Source of the DNA: an uncultured Candidatus Babeliaceae bacterium
GTDB lineage: Bacteria > Babelota > Babeliae > Babelales > Babelaceae
Direction: 5' to 3'
Assembly (NCBI GenBank): GCA_963704655.1
Contig: OY969927.1
Location: 832,001-896,000 of the forward strand
DNA: 64,000 nucleotides
Numbering within the stretch: position 1 is the stretch's first letter; every line of letters starts with the position of its first letter. The notes under the pieces were generated by a model. That model made no database searches and was not told where the DNA came from. It saw only the letters and a list, made by a program, of their open reading frames with translations. This document shows, in pieces, positions 50,280 to 60,280 of this stretch. The translations under genes were made by a program, and so were the position numbers.

Positions 50280-50969
50280 ATGAAAACTCTTACGTACACT
50301 TTCTATAGCGCGCTTATTTTTTTATCATTACACAGCATGCAAGAACTTGAACTATCAACAAAAACACTGCCAGAGAAAATATACCTGCTACATACTAAAA
50401 ATATCGGTAATGGGAATGAAAATTCACAATTTGAAGGCGTAATGAAAGAAGATGGGTGCGATTTGCATATCAGCCCAGATACTAAGGCTGCCATTACCCA
50501 AGAAATTTTCTATGATGGCATTAGAAATGCCCAAGAACATAGAAGTGCCTATATAGTTTATTTAATGAAGAAAAAATCAGAAAGAGATCTATATATTTAT
50601 CAACTATTAACAAATAAAGGGCTCAACCAAGTACCTATGCCAGCACAAGAAAAAGCGGCCCCATACCTTTATTCATTTGTAGACAACGTTTTTAATCGTA
50701 AAACAGAAAATATTCCAACACCCATCACAACTCAACCAGAATTCAAGCCAGCAAGAAGAACCAGTCAAGACGCCGTTTCACTAGACCTTGAAGTAAACTC
50801 AGGTTGGTGTTGGCCTGCACATACTAACAGCCCTACAAACAACCAGGGCAGCTCAAATGATAATTGTGCTGTGAGTTGCGCTCAACCTGAAGCACCTCAA
50901 TGCTGTGACTGTAGTGATTGGAACTGTGATTGCGGTGGTTGTGATTGCGATTGCGATGCTGGCGATTAA
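50280..50969 (+). CDS. Secreted protein with Cys/Asp-rich C-terminal tail
   Basis: Ends QCCDCSDWNCDCGGCDCDCDAGD. Confidence 0.75.
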   Translation: MKTLTYTFYSALIFLSLHSMQELELSTKTLPEKIYLLHTKNIGNGNENSQFEGVMKEDGCDLHISPDTKAAITQEIFYDGIRNAQEHRSAYIVYLMKKKSERDLYIYQLLTNKGLNQVPMPAQEKAAPYLYSFVDNVFNRKTENIPTPITTQPEFKPARRTSQDAVSLDLEVNSGWCWPAHTNSPTNNQGSSNDNCAVSCAQPEAPQCCDCSDWNCDCGGCDCDCDAGD

Positions 50970-51055
50970 AATTTGTTGCAAAAGCTCTCTCTATTTTGTA
51001 TAACTACAGTCGTTGTATTTTTATACGTTTTCATGTACTTAAAAAAGGATTTATC

Positions 51056-51496
51056 ATGAAAAAAATAGTCACATTTTTAACAATTTCGCTTCTTTTTCTT
51101 AATACTACGCAGGCAGAGACTCAACAATGTTACTGCACTCAAGTCTCACAGCAAGCAATCTCCATTTTAAATAGCGAATGTACTCAAGCATTCATTAATG
51201 GTGCTGCTGTCGGCGCTGTTGCAGGATTCAGTGTGGACTTCTTATTACCCTCTTTTAAAAAATTTACAGAAACTTGGAACATACCTGCTACAACTGGTAT
51301 TTGCAGGGACCAACTAGCTGGTGAAGCAAAAGTAGCAACAGCGGCACTTGGGCTTACAGCTTTAAACAAAGCAACTTTTACAAACTTTAAATTAATGGGC
51401 GCACAACTAGTTGGGATTATCGTAGGCGCATGCGCAGCAAGTTATGTGACAAAACTCTTAACGCCAGCAGCTACCCCAGCACCACAAGTACAATAA
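51056..51496 (+). CDS. Secreted/membrane Gly/Ala-rich protein
   Basis: Start re-called at MKKIVTFL (51056), AAGGA RBS. Confidence 0.75.
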   Translation: MKKIVTFLTISLLFLNTTQAETQQCYCTQVSQQAISILNSECTQAFINGAAVGAVAGFSVDFLLPSFKKFTETWNIPATTGICRDQLAGEAKVATAALGLTALNKATFTNFKLMGAQLVGIIVGACAASYVTKLLTPAATPAPQVQ

Positions 51497-51606
51497 TTAC
51501 ATATGCTCTGAGCCGCGAATTATTCGCTTGAGCCACGTAAGCTCTAGTTCGAGTTTTTCTTTCGGAGATATGTGCCAATTTATAGGTAGGTGCTGCAAAC
51601 GTTTGC
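51497..51606 (-). repeat. 110-bp copy of the trmH 3' end
   Basis: Matches 53180-53289 with one mismatch. Confidence 0.95.
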
Positions 51607-51706
51607 AGCACTTACCTATTTTTATCGCACTCATTAAATTTTCTGGGAACATCCCCACATTTTAATCTGGTTGTAAATCAAATTGCACAGATGCCAAAAG
51701 CACTTT

Positions 51707-52144
51707 TTAGTCTTCGGTAGGAATGTTCATCCTGTCAATACGAAAAAGTAACTCTTTTTCTGGAGAACAAAGGTTAAAATGAGACTTAACGTTAAAATAA
51801 GTAAATACTATTTCTTTGGTTGGCCTACTCACTTCCCATACCGGCTCAAATTGCATACCAAAACTCCAACCATTATTATTCAATGTCATTGATGTATGGC
51901 GACCATCTTTTGAATAATCGTCATGTTCTACAGTCCCATCCTTGTTAAAACCCCAAATAGATGTACCTTCAGAACCTTTAACTACAATCTCAACTCTTTC
52001 TTCAGACACATTTTTAACTTCAACATCTCTGCCGATATTTGCCAATAATATTTTGGCATAAAGATCTTTGGCGGGAATATCAAAAGCAAATATACCTAGC
52101 GGCATTAAACTAATAAAACTAATAAGTAGAGTACATGATTTCAT
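51707..52144 (-). CDS. Secreted hypothetical protein
   Basis: Start re-called at MKSCTLLIS; AGGA RBS. Confidence 0.7.
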   Translation of the reverse strand: MKSCTLLISFISLMPLGIFAFDIPAKDLYAKILLANIGRDVEVKNVSEERVEIVVKGSEGTSIWGFNKDGTVEHDDYSKDGRHTSMTLNNNGWSFGMQFEPVWEVSRPTKEIVFTYFNVKSHFNLCSPEKELLFRIDRMNIPTED

Positions 52145-52223
52145 AAAATTTCCTGCTAAAAAATTATCATCCAAGATATTTTAACCAAGTTTCAGTGTAA
52201 AACATGAGCACAAAAATGTCACC

Positions 52224-52262
52224 TATGCTCTGAGCCCTTAAGCTCTAGTTCGAGTTTTTCTT
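52224..52262 (-). repeat. Internally deleted second copy of the trmH 3' end
   Basis: TATGCTCTGAGCC..TAAGCTCTAGTTCGAGTTTTTCTT. Confidence 0.85.
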
Positions 52263-52311
52263 ATGGGATTATGCGTGAAATCCCACTTAAGACTTTTAAA
52301 AAGCCACTGGT

Positions 52312-53148
52312 TTATTCGGGTAACAATGCTAAAATTTGTTTCTTATATTCAACAAATTCAGGATCGTCAAAAACCGGTAAGCTGGTCTTTAGAAAAAGCT
52401 CTCGCACTGACAAACCCGTATCACTCTCTTTTGAACATGGATTTGCCCCAAGAGTAAGCAGATTTTTTATTAAAACTTGTTTACGCTTAAGAGAAATATC
52501 CTTACTGCCCGGAAAAAAGAATTTCTCACGTTTGGAATCTGCAAGATAATGCAGTAAAGAAGTGTTATCATCGTAGTAATTGACATCAAATTGGTCGACA
52601 GTAGTAAATGTACGCAGAGCAGCAGCAAGAACATCATCTGATTTTTCATCGTGCGCACGCGCCATTGCCCAGCAAACACTTTCAAACAATTCTTCAGCAA
52701 TAAAGAGCCTTTGCGCCTCTTGAAAATCTGAAACTTTAGCCATTAATCTATCCAAATATCTAGGGAAAAGAGTAATTGCTTGGGCTTGCGTTCTGGACCA
52801 TTCAGTTATATACATAGAAGAAAAATCAAACTCCTTAAGCTCTTGCGTAAATTTGTCCCAAACATAATCACCGATTTTATCATTGTGTTCTTGAAATATT
52901 AACACGATGCGTTCATCTTCAAATGTTGCATCGGTTTGGCTGTCGATTGTTTCTAACAAAACTGATACCGGCAACTTCTGTATCCAGCTCTTTAACCCCA
53001 TCTCCCGAAGTCTCAATGCTGTTACAAGGTTGTTATTTGAGATTTTCTTCTTTTGATCTATACAAGCAACGTTATTTTGCATCCCCCGCAAATTACTGAA
53101 AATCAAAAAAATAACAAAATGTTGTATCAAAACCCTGATGTAGTTCAT
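52312..53148 (-). CDS. Secreted protein with an ankyrin-like repeat
   Basis: DVNYYDDNTSLLHYLA...LLTLGANP. Confidence 0.7.
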   Translation of the reverse strand: MNYIRVLIQHFVIFLIFSNLRGMQNNVACIDQKKKISNNNLVTALRLREMGLKSWIQKLPVSVLLETIDSQTDATFEDERIVLIFQEHNDKIGDYVWDKFTQELKEFDFSSMYITEWSRTQAQAITLFPRYLDRLMAKVSDFQEAQRLFIAEELFESVCWAMARAHDEKSDDVLAAALRTFTTVDQFDVNYYDDNTSLLHYLADSKREKFFFPGSKDISLKRKQVLIKNLLTLGANPCSKESDTGLSVRELFLKTSLPVFDDPEFVEYKKQILALLPE

Positions 53149-53179
53149 ATCAAAACAATCATATTAAATTAACTCTTAT

Positions 53180-53830
53180 TTACATATGCTCTGAGCCGCG
53201 AATTATTCGCTTGAGCCACGTAAGCTCTAGTTCGAGTTTTTCTTCCGGAGATATGTGCCAATTTATAGGTAGGTGCTGCAAACGTTTGCGTAATTCATAG
53301 GCAACTATAGCAGCACTTACTGAAGCATTATAACTTTGAGTAAATCCGTACATCGGGATAGTGACATACGTATCAACATGTTCAAGAGCATAATCACTAA
53401 TACCAAGTCTTTCATTACCAAAAATTATTGCGACTTTTGTATCTAAAGGCAATTCAGAAACGGTGTATGCTTTTTGGTGCGGCGTCGTGCCAACAAGCGT
53501 ATAACCCTGGACCTTTAATGCTTCAAAACACATTTGAGTATTATTAGCACCCGGCTCTTTATAATGGTTCTCAGAGAGCCAATAATCTGCGCCTTTAGTG
53601 ATGGTAAGGCTATCATCATACTTTTTATTATCGATAATATGCACATCTTGAAAACCACAACATTCAATTGAACGCATGGCAGCGTCAACATTGTGATGAT
53701 GATAAAAATGCTCAAAGACAAAAGAGATATAGCGCGAACGATGCTCTAATTTCTCTTCTATCAACTGCACTTTATTTTCGGTAACAAGTGTTCTGAGTTT
53801 ATTACGTAACGTAATAAGATCGTGATTCAT
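53180..53830 (-). CDS. trmH: SpoU/TrmH-family tRNA 2'-O-methyltransferase
   Basis: HNVDAAMRS, IFGNERLG, IPMYGFTQSYNASVSAA. Confidence 0.9.
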   Translation of the reverse strand: MNHDLITLRNKLRTLVTENKVQLIEEKLEHRSRYISFVFEHFYHHHNVDAAMRSIECCGFQDVHIIDNKKYDDSLTITKGADYWLSENHYKEPGANNTQMCFEALKVQGYTLVGTTPHQKAYTVSELPLDTKVAIIFGNERLGISDYALEHVDTYVTIPMYGFTQSYNASVSAAIVAYELRKRLQHLPINWHISPEEKLELELTWLKRIIRGSEHM

Positions 53831-54408
53831 TATGGTTTAAAGGTATCTTCAAAGGCAAAATCTTCTACCCGCATACGGCCAGTCAATTCAAGGTCGCCTT
53901 TACGTAAATCTGGCGGAAGCTCCTGAGCATCTCCCGGGTAGCCAGCAACGATCATAGCCTCGACCGTATACGTTTCAGGAAGCGTCAAATATGCCCGCAC
54001 CCCATCGTAATCAAAGCCTTCCATTGCATGTGCAACCAAACCCATATCTGTTGCCTGCAAGGCTAAACTTACCCATGCAGACCCAGCATCAAAAGAGTGG
54101 GTACGTGATGGCCTATTATTATATGAAAAAAGATTATGTGAAAGAGCAACGATAACTACCGGAGCATTCAGCGTCCACAATCTATTTTGCGGCACTAAAA
54201 GATCTTGTAAATCATGCCATGCTTGCGAACCTTTAAGCGCATAGACATAACGCCATGGCTGATTATTATATGAAGAAGGCGCCCAACGAGCGGCTTCAAA
54301 TAACGACATAAGTATATCTTTTTCTAATGGCTTATCTGCAATGGCCCGTGGTGAATGGCGCTTAATAAAAAGAGGATTAATCTTATAATTCGCTTTTCTT
54401 TCTGGCAT
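53830..54408 (-). CDS. Nitroreductase-family protein
   Basis: RHSPRA, AARWAPSSYNNQPW, FDAGSAW, HAMEGFD. Confidence 0.95.
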   Translation of the reverse strand: MPERKANYKINPLFIKRHSPRAIADKPLEKDILMSLFEAARWAPSSYNNQPWRYVYALKGSQAWHDLQDLLVPQNRLWTLNAPVVIVALSHNLFSYNNRPSRTHSFDAGSAWVSLALQATDMGLVAHAMEGFDYDGVRAYLTLPETYTVEAMIVAGYPGDAQELPPDLRKGDLELTGRMRVEDFAFEDTFKP

Positions 54409-54446
54409 ATATATCCCCTATTTAAAACTAAACACTTATCTCCCCA

Positions 54447-54527
54447 ACCCTTCGACTCTGCTTTCGCATTCGCTCAGGGTGAGCGGATTCGGGCCGCTCG
54501 TGGTGAGCGTAGTCGAATCCATGCGGC
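54447..54527. repeat. REP-like family B, composite, intergenic
   Basis: ACCCTTCGAC...GCTCAGGGTGAGCGG plus CCGCTCGTGGTGAGCGTAGTCGAATCCATGCGG. Confidence 0.85.
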
Positions 54528-54532
54528 CAATT

Positions 54533-55360
54533 TTAGAATAATCTAAACTTATGCTTAATCACAAAACCTTTATTTTTAGTATAACTATCCAAAACTTTGG
54601 TTAATGATGGCGTGAGTTCCTCAATCTGGCAAGCAACGCGGTTAAAATCACGATCAACAGCATTTGATATCTGGCCAATTTTTTCTTGTAAATCCGGAAT
54701 GCCATCTTTAACTTCTTGCATAATGCCACGCAAGTCTTGCAGAGCATCGTGAATGTTCTCTTCATTTGCATTAACTACACGGTCAATAGATTCAGCGCAT
54801 GAAGATACTTTTTCAGTTACCTGAACAAAACCATCGATAATTTGTTGTATCGCTTTAACACCATCAGGCCCGCCAAGTGATTCTTTTAATGACGCGGTAA
54901 CCTCTTCTATATTACCGGCAATACCATTCATTTTTTTCAAAAGGACATCTATTGATACAGAATCTTCTGTTGGCTGTTCCAGCGTGCTACCAGCAGGCAC
55001 TTTTTGTAAGCGAGAATCACCAGTTATAATCTCTAAATATTTGCCACCTAAAATGCCATTTTGTCGTATTGAAGCATACGCATCGGCATACAGATGATAT
55101 TTTTTTAAAACCATAATGCACATACGCACACGTTGCTGTTCTTCTTCAAAGATAACTTGGTCTATCCAACCAACTTTAACACCCGCAATGCGAACATCTG
55201 CTTTTTTATTTAACCCAGATATATCATGAGAATAGATACAATATTTTGCATATTGGTGTGTTGCAAAACGTAACGACCCAATCTGAAAACTCATATAAAC
55301 AAGTACACCTAATGCAGCAAGAATAAATAAACCAACTGCCGTTTCTGCTTTTAACTGCAC
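54533..55360 (-). CDS. MCE/MlaD-family protein
   Basis: VGLFIL TM, GL..KADVRIAGVKVG, GILGGKYLEI. Confidence 0.92.
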   Translation of the reverse strand: MQLKAETAVGLFILAALGVLVYMSFQIGSLRFATHQYAKYCIYSHDISGLNKKADVRIAGVKVGWIDQVIFEEEQQRVRMCIMVLKKYHLYADAYASIRQNGILGGKYLEIITGDSRLQKVPAGSTLEQPTEDSVSIDVLLKKMNGIAGNIEEVTASLKESLGGPDGVKAIQQIIDGFVQVTEKVSSCAESIDRVVNANEENIHDALQDLRGIMQEVKDGIPDLQEKIGQISNAVDRDFNRVACQIEELTPSLTKVLDSYTKNKGFVIKHKFRLF

Positions 55361-55384
55361 TTTTCTTACCCTTTTATCGTTGTT

Positions 55385-56386
55385 TTATAACCAATATAAC
55401 CGCTTTATTGTATACACAGTAGTTTTCTGTTGGTTTTGGCTCTTTTCAAGATACACACAAACCTTTTGTGTTACCGGCATACCGGCTCCATCATCCACTG
55501 TTCCATAAGATATCACATTAAAAGTGGTAACTTCAATTTTTGAAGCCAGAATTTTTTTAATGCTATCAGGTAAAACAGTATACTCTTTCTTAAACAAAGC
55601 TGCCAGCAGCTCTTTCCAAGCAGACGCCCAATTAATTTGCCCTTTATTTGTACTTAATTTTTTAATAATCTCCAACCGCTGTTTTTTTTCAAGATTCTGT
55701 TTTTCAAGCTGCAATATTTGGGCCCACGATGAAGAAATATAAAGCGGTTGTATCTTAAATTCAGCAGTTCCTAAAGTAAAAAGATCAGTGAATGCAACGT
55801 ATTCTTTATCTTCAGAATCTATATCATAAAACATATCACCAGAAAATTTGGGCGCAGTAACTTCAGTCACGTCTTCAAACGGCTTAGCCCGTTTTTGAAA
55901 AAGTTGTCCCACTGCCTGTGCAAAGTTCTCAAACGAAAATTTCTGTTGTGCAACCTTGTCAGCTAAGGCAAGTATAGTTTGTGCGTCCTGTTCTTTATCA
56001 AGCTTAATAAATTGCTTTTGTTGGAAATCATACGCTTTATTCAGATTAATTTTGCCCTCTTCAGACGATATATATACTCTAATAGCGCCGTCAATGCCAT
56101 CTTTTTCGCTAGTTAGTTTAAATGTCTGTTCAAGATCGGTATACAAAAATGGCACCAAGTTTTGATCCACTGCTTTTTTATCTATTTCCAGCGGATTGCT
56201 CAACTGTGCACGGGCAATCTCAATGCCATTTAAAGCTAACATACGCGCTTGTTGCTGTTTAACCAATACACGGTGTAAGCGGTCAAATGCAATAGCCCGT
56301 TGCAATAAACTTGTTACTAAAACTGACCCGAGTGAAATAACAAAAAGCGCCATAACTAAAACAAATCCATGTTGATTATGTTTCAT
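55385..56386 (-). CDS. gspK: T2SS minor pseudopilin GspK-like
   Basis: GFVLVMAL (no Glu5), ALNGIEIA, EEGKINLN. Confidence 0.8.
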   Translation of the reverse strand: MKHNQHGFVLVMALFVISLGSVLVTSLLQRAIAFDRLHRVLVKQQQARMLALNGIEIARAQLSNPLEIDKKAVDQNLVPFLYTDLEQTFKLTSEKDGIDGAIRVYISSEEGKINLNKAYDFQQKQFIKLDKEQDAQTILALADKVAQQKFSFENFAQAVGQLFQKRAKPFEDVTEVTAPKFSGDMFYDIDSEDKEYVAFTDLFTLGTAEFKIQPLYISSSWAQILQLEKQNLEKKQRLEIIKKLSTNKGQINWASAWKELLAALFKKEYTVLPDSIKKILASKIEVTTFNVISYGTVDDGAGMPVTQKVCVYLEKSQNQQKTTVYTIKRLYWL

Positions 56387-57354
56387 TTTTTACCTCCCGG
56401 CTTTTGAAGTTCAAGTTGCTTTAAAAGACCGTTAGGTTTTATTTGTGTCTGGTCAGCAGATTTGGCGGCTTGCTGAGCTGTCTGCCCAGACGCTTTTGCA
56501 CCTGCTGTTGGAGCTTCTGCTTTTGCAGGCTCTTTATTTTCTGGTACCAGTTGTTTAATTTTTGGATCAATTGGTATGAAAAATGAATAAGAAAATGGAT
56601 GTTCATGTTCAGAAGTAAAATCGCCCATGGCGCCACTAAACGTGATAATCTGTGGTAACGCTATCGGTTGTTCAACTTTGCCCTGTGCATTAGGTTGAGG
56701 CTGCTTTTTTAAAAGTTCTGCAAATGACCATGAAGATACTTCTTCAACTTTCTTCTCATTATCCTTTACCGTAATGCTCGTACATAAAATAGACGATGTT
56801 TTTATGCCAAATGCAATGGCATGGGAATAATTTTTATTCTGCCCAATTTCACGTTCAAAATCTGGCATGGATAATTCGGACGATTCTTGACGCATGAGTG
56901 TAAAATAGTTTTGATGGTGCGCATCAGGCACCATAAGGTACCGCACGCGAGCCAAGCGTGGCTTTTTAGAGCCATAGACGCCCAATAAATTTGTAGTAAC
57001 AAAGCTTAAACTTTTTAGTTTTTCATTTTCAACTTCAATCTGCAAACCAAACTTCTTAAAATATTCCTGCTGAGCTTTTTCTTGTTCTTCTTTCTTTTCT
57101 TTTGGGTTAGGAATAAAACCATAAAGCGGAACAGCCATTGATGAGATATCTTTTTGCATCTGCGAAAATAGCATTTGCTGCTGACTGTCTACCGTTATAA
57201 GTTGGTTATAGCGCCTTGATGACTGCTGTAGTAATGAGATGGTATTAAAGACCATAATTCCGACAAAGCTACTTATTGCGAGTGCTATGATAATTTCTAT
57301 AAGACTAAACCCGGGCCTGCCCTTCGAAGCTTTAGCGAAGTAGGGACGCGTCAC
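56383..57354 (-). CDS. gspJ: T2SS minor pseudopilin GspJ-like
   Basis: G|FSLIEIIIAL prepilin motif; QMQKDI; operon order. Confidence 0.75.
   Translation of the reverse strand: MTRPYFAKASKGRPGFSLIEIIIALAISSFVGIMVFNTISLLQQSSRRYNQLITVDSQQQMLFSQMQKDISSMAVPLYGFIPNPKEKKEEQEKAQQEYFKKFGLQIEVENEKLKSLSFVTTNLLGVYGSKKPRLARVRYLMVPDAHHQNYFTLMRQESSELSMPDFEREIGQNKNYSHAIAFGIKTSSILCTSITVKDNEKKVEEVSSWSFAELLKKQPQPNAQGKVEQPIALPQIITFSGAMGDFTSEHEHPFSYSFFIPIDPKIKQLVPENKEPAKAEAPTAGAKASGQTAQQAAKSADQTQIKPNGLLKQLELQKPGGKK
57314..57345. repeat. REP-like palindrome, family A
   Basis: Identical to 39065-39096. Confidence 0.9.
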
Positions 57355-57911
57355 GGTTTTACCCCCGGCTGAGTTGCAGAATTTGAGGACGCTTGAGCCG
57401 TTACTGTGGCAGCTTCGCCACTTTTTTGCTCTGTTTTTTCTTGCCCGCCGCCGCTCGCAGCTTCTCCGGCTGGCCGCTCATCCTGAGCCCGTCGAAGGGT
57501 TTGCGGCTCTTTCTCTTTCTTTGGATGATATGAATATTTTATAAGCGTGAACGTTTGCGTAGCCATAATTTTTGTCCAGGAAACAACCACTTTTTCAATA
57601 ACAAGATTTTCTATTTCAGCAAGCGGTGTACCTTCAATTGGCTCAGAAATAGTATAAACTATCTTAAAATCATCCTGCTCACGCTCGATAGTTTTTCCTG
57701 GTCCAGCAGACTGCTGTTCTGCAGGTTGCTGCTTTTCTGCGTCAACAAATGCTTGCATAGCCAACTGTTCGGCATGCCACTGTGAATTATCTTTAAAAAG
57801 CATAGTCTGCAAACTGTTTTGCAACGTTAACAAGCTGGTAATAGTAATACTGACCATCATTAATGCAATCAAAACCTCTATAAGTGAAAAGCCTGGCTGG
57901 AGTTGTCTCAT
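57351..57911 (-). CDS. gspI: T2SS minor pseudopilin GspI-like
   Basis: G|FSLIEVLIAL; operon order. Confidence 0.7.
   Translation of the reverse strand: MRQLQPGFSLIEVLIALMMVSITITSLLTLQNSLQTMLFKDNSQWHAEQLAMQAFVDAEKQQPAEQQSAGPGKTIEREQDDFKIVYTISEPIEGTPLAEIENLVIEKVVVSWTKIMATQTFTLIKYSYHPKKEKEPQTLRRAQDERPAGEAASGGGQEKTEQKSGEAATVTAQASSNSATQPGVKP
57474..57501. repeat. REP-like family B, intragenic, inverted
   Basis: CCGCTCATCCTGAGCCCGTCGAAGGGTT is the reverse complement of 58452-58479 with one mismatch. Confidence 0.9.
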
Positions 57912-58439
57912 TTATGCCACCACAAACTGTACAAAAAAGGGATTCAGTTCCAACTCAAGCGGTTTACCTACGGCTTCATCACGCAACACAAGAGTTACCT
58001 GTTGAGATAGTCCGTCTGGCATAATATAAAACCAGACTGTTTTTAACTTGCCGCCACTTGCTTCGTCTTTGCCATCTATAATAAATTTTTCAACTTCAAA
58101 GTTATCGTTCCATACTAAAGAGTCGTTACCATAATCAGATTGCACTGTTTCAAAAACAGACTTATTTTCTGCGCCAGCTTTTTTATCTGACTCTACGCGA
58201 ATGGTAACTTTTTTTATTTGGGATTCAAAATCAAAAAAAAGTTGTGTCGGGCGGCCACTAACAAGTGCATGCGAATAGGCATTTCGAGCGAGCATATTAA
58301 GATCAGCAACAAATTTTTCTTGCTGATTATAGTTAATACGCGTTAAGCGAGGAATCTGCGTGGCCATGACTGCTACAATAGCCATGGCCACAATAATTTC
58401 TAATAAACTAAAACCCGGCTTAGTAAAAGAATGTTTCAT
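57912..58439 (-). CDS. gspH: T2SS minor pseudopilin GspH-like
   Basis: G|FSLLEIIVAM; ARNAYSHAL; FYIMPDG. Confidence 0.75.
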   Translation of the reverse strand: MKHSFTKPGFSLLEIIVAMAIVAVMATQIPRLTRINYNQQEKFVADLNMLARNAYSHALVSGRPTQLFFDFESQIKKVTIRVESDKKAGAENKSVFETVQSDYGNDSLVWNDNFEVEKFIIDGKDEASGGKLKTVWFYIMPDGLSQQVTLVLRDEAVGKPLELELNPFFVQFVVA

Positions 58440-58451
58440 AATTTACGCACT

Positions 58452-58480
58452 AACCCTTCGACAGGCTCAGGATGAGCGGG
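58452..58480. repeat. REP-like family B, intergenic gspG/gspH
   Basis: AACCCTTCGACAGGCTCAGGATGAGCGGG. Confidence 0.9.
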
Positions 58481-58499
58481 TCTCAGAAAGTTGTAAAGT

Positions 58500-58910
58500 T
58501 TACGCTCTTATCCATTCTGTTTCCGCTGAACCTTCACCATTGGAACCAAAAGAATAAAGTTCATAAGGAGGCTTAGTTCCTTTTGGATTAAGAATATATT
58601 GGTACTCAGCGCCCCATGGATCTTGTATCTCAGCTTCCATGTAAGGGCCTTTCCATTTTTTAGCGATGCTTTCTTCAGATGGACGATCCTTTAAATCATT
58701 CAATGATGCTGGGTATGCGCCGACATCTTGACGATATTGATCAATCTGATTTTTATACAAACGCAAATGTGATTCAGCAGCTCTGCGACGTGCTTGGCTG
58801 ATATAACTGGTTAACCCTAATGTACCACCAATCATAATACCAATAATTGCAAGCGCAATAATAATCTCGGTTAACGAAAACCCAGGTTGGGCACTTTTTG
58901 TATTAAACAT
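58500..58910 (-). CDS. gspG: T2SS major pseudopilin
   Basis: G|FSLTEII, YRQDVGAYP, WKGPY, DPWG, YELYSFG. Confidence 0.92.
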   Translation of the reverse strand: MFNTKSAQPGFSLTEIIIALAIIGIMIGGTLGLTSYISQARRRAAESHLRLYKNQIDQYRQDVGAYPASLNDLKDRPSEESIAKKWKGPYMEAEIQDPWGAEYQYILNPKGTKPPYELYSFGSNGEGSAETEWIRA

Positions 58911-58940
58911 AAAAAACTCCTAAAAATAGTGTGATTAATA

Positions 58941-60164
58941 TTAAAATCCTTCACCAAGACTCTTATTCATATTCAATAATGGCCCGGCAATTGCCATCAC
59001 CACAAACCCGACAATTAACCCCATAACCATGGTAGTAACGGGTGTAATTTTTTCAACAAGACCATCTGCATATTCGGTAACTTCAACATCATAGTAACTA
59101 CCAACCTGCAATAACATATCAGGCAAGGTGCCGCTCTCTTCACCCGTTTTAATGAGATAAATAGCAACTGCGGGGAACATGCCTGTCTCTTTCAAATATT
59201 CAGAAATTTTACCCTGCTTAATAATGCTGTCTCGCGCTTGCTGCAATTTATCAACAAGAATTTTATTTTTAATAATAGTCGTAACAATAGTAAGCGCCTC
59301 AGCTAAATTTACCCCGGCTTCTAAAAGCATGCCAAGTGTACTACTAAACTGAACAACAGCCCCCATACGCGCAAAATAGCCTGCGATAGGAACTTTTAAA
59401 ATAAAGGTGTCCCATAATCGTGCACCCGCTGCGGTTCTTTTCCACATAAGAAAGCCAACAACTGAGGCCACCAAGCCAATTAAAATCACCAAATAGTAGT
59501 TAATAACAAAAGTAGAAAGACCCATTAAAAAACGTGTTGCAAAAGGCAACTCCATCTTCATAGAAGTAAACGTGGTACTTATAGTAGGAATAACCACAAT
59601 CAAAAGCAACACGACCACACCAAGCGCAATAGCAAGTTGAATAGCAGGCATCATGAATGCACCACTAATCTTTTTACGCAGGCTTTCTGCCCGTTCAATA
59701 TAGCTGGTTAAGCGGTCAAGAATACTTTCAAGCTTTCCGCTTGCTTCACCAGCTTTTACCAATTGAACATACGTGTTTGAAAATATTTTTGGATATTTAG
59801 AAAGACCATCTGCAAGAGATTTACCCTCTTTAATATCATCTTTTAAATCAATAACAATGTTCCGCAACTGCCCTTCAGTTTGTTCAACTAATAACTCAAG
59901 AGCCTGCAAAAGCGGGACACCGGCCCTTAAAAGTACCGATAACTGTTTTGTAAAAAAAATCAGATCTTTTGAGTCAACATTTTTTTGAAAAAAATCTCTA
60001 AAAAATTTATAAAGGTTTGAACCTTCTTGACTGGCAGAGATAGTAACCGGATAAAGTCCACGCTTAACAAGCGCTTCACGCACCTGCGACAATGAAGGCG
60101 CATCAAGTGTGCCTGAAACCTTTTTTCCGTCTCTTGTAAGTGCCTTATAATAGTACAGAGCCAT
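58941..60164 (-). CDS. gspF: T2SS/T4P inner-membrane platform protein
   Basis: FTKQLSVLLRAGVPL, GEASGKL, GEESGTL. Confidence 0.93.
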   Translation of the reverse strand: MALYYYKALTRDGKKVSGTLDAPSLSQVREALVKRGLYPVTISASQEGSNLYKFFRDFFQKNVDSKDLIFFTKQLSVLLRAGVPLLQALELLVEQTEGQLRNIVIDLKDDIKEGKSLADGLSKYPKIFSNTYVQLVKAGEASGKLESILDRLTSYIERAESLRKKISGAFMMPAIQLAIALGVVVLLLIVVIPTISTTFTSMKMELPFATRFLMGLSTFVINYYLVILIGLVASVVGFLMWKRTAAGARLWDTFILKVPIAGYFARMGAVVQFSSTLGMLLEAGVNLAEALTIVTTIIKNKILVDKLQQARDSIIKQGKISEYLKETGMFPAVAIYLIKTGEESGTLPDMLLQVGSYYDVEVTEYADGLVEKITPVTTMVMGLIVGFVVMAIAGPLLNMNKSLGEGF

Positions 60165-60280
60165 GGGTCACCAAAATTACCTGTATTTGAATTTTCTTGG
60201 TATCTTGAAGAAAGTCACATTTGTATGGTACCATTTTTTACGTGACGATAAAAGAATTATCTTATTATTAAAGAGAAAGC

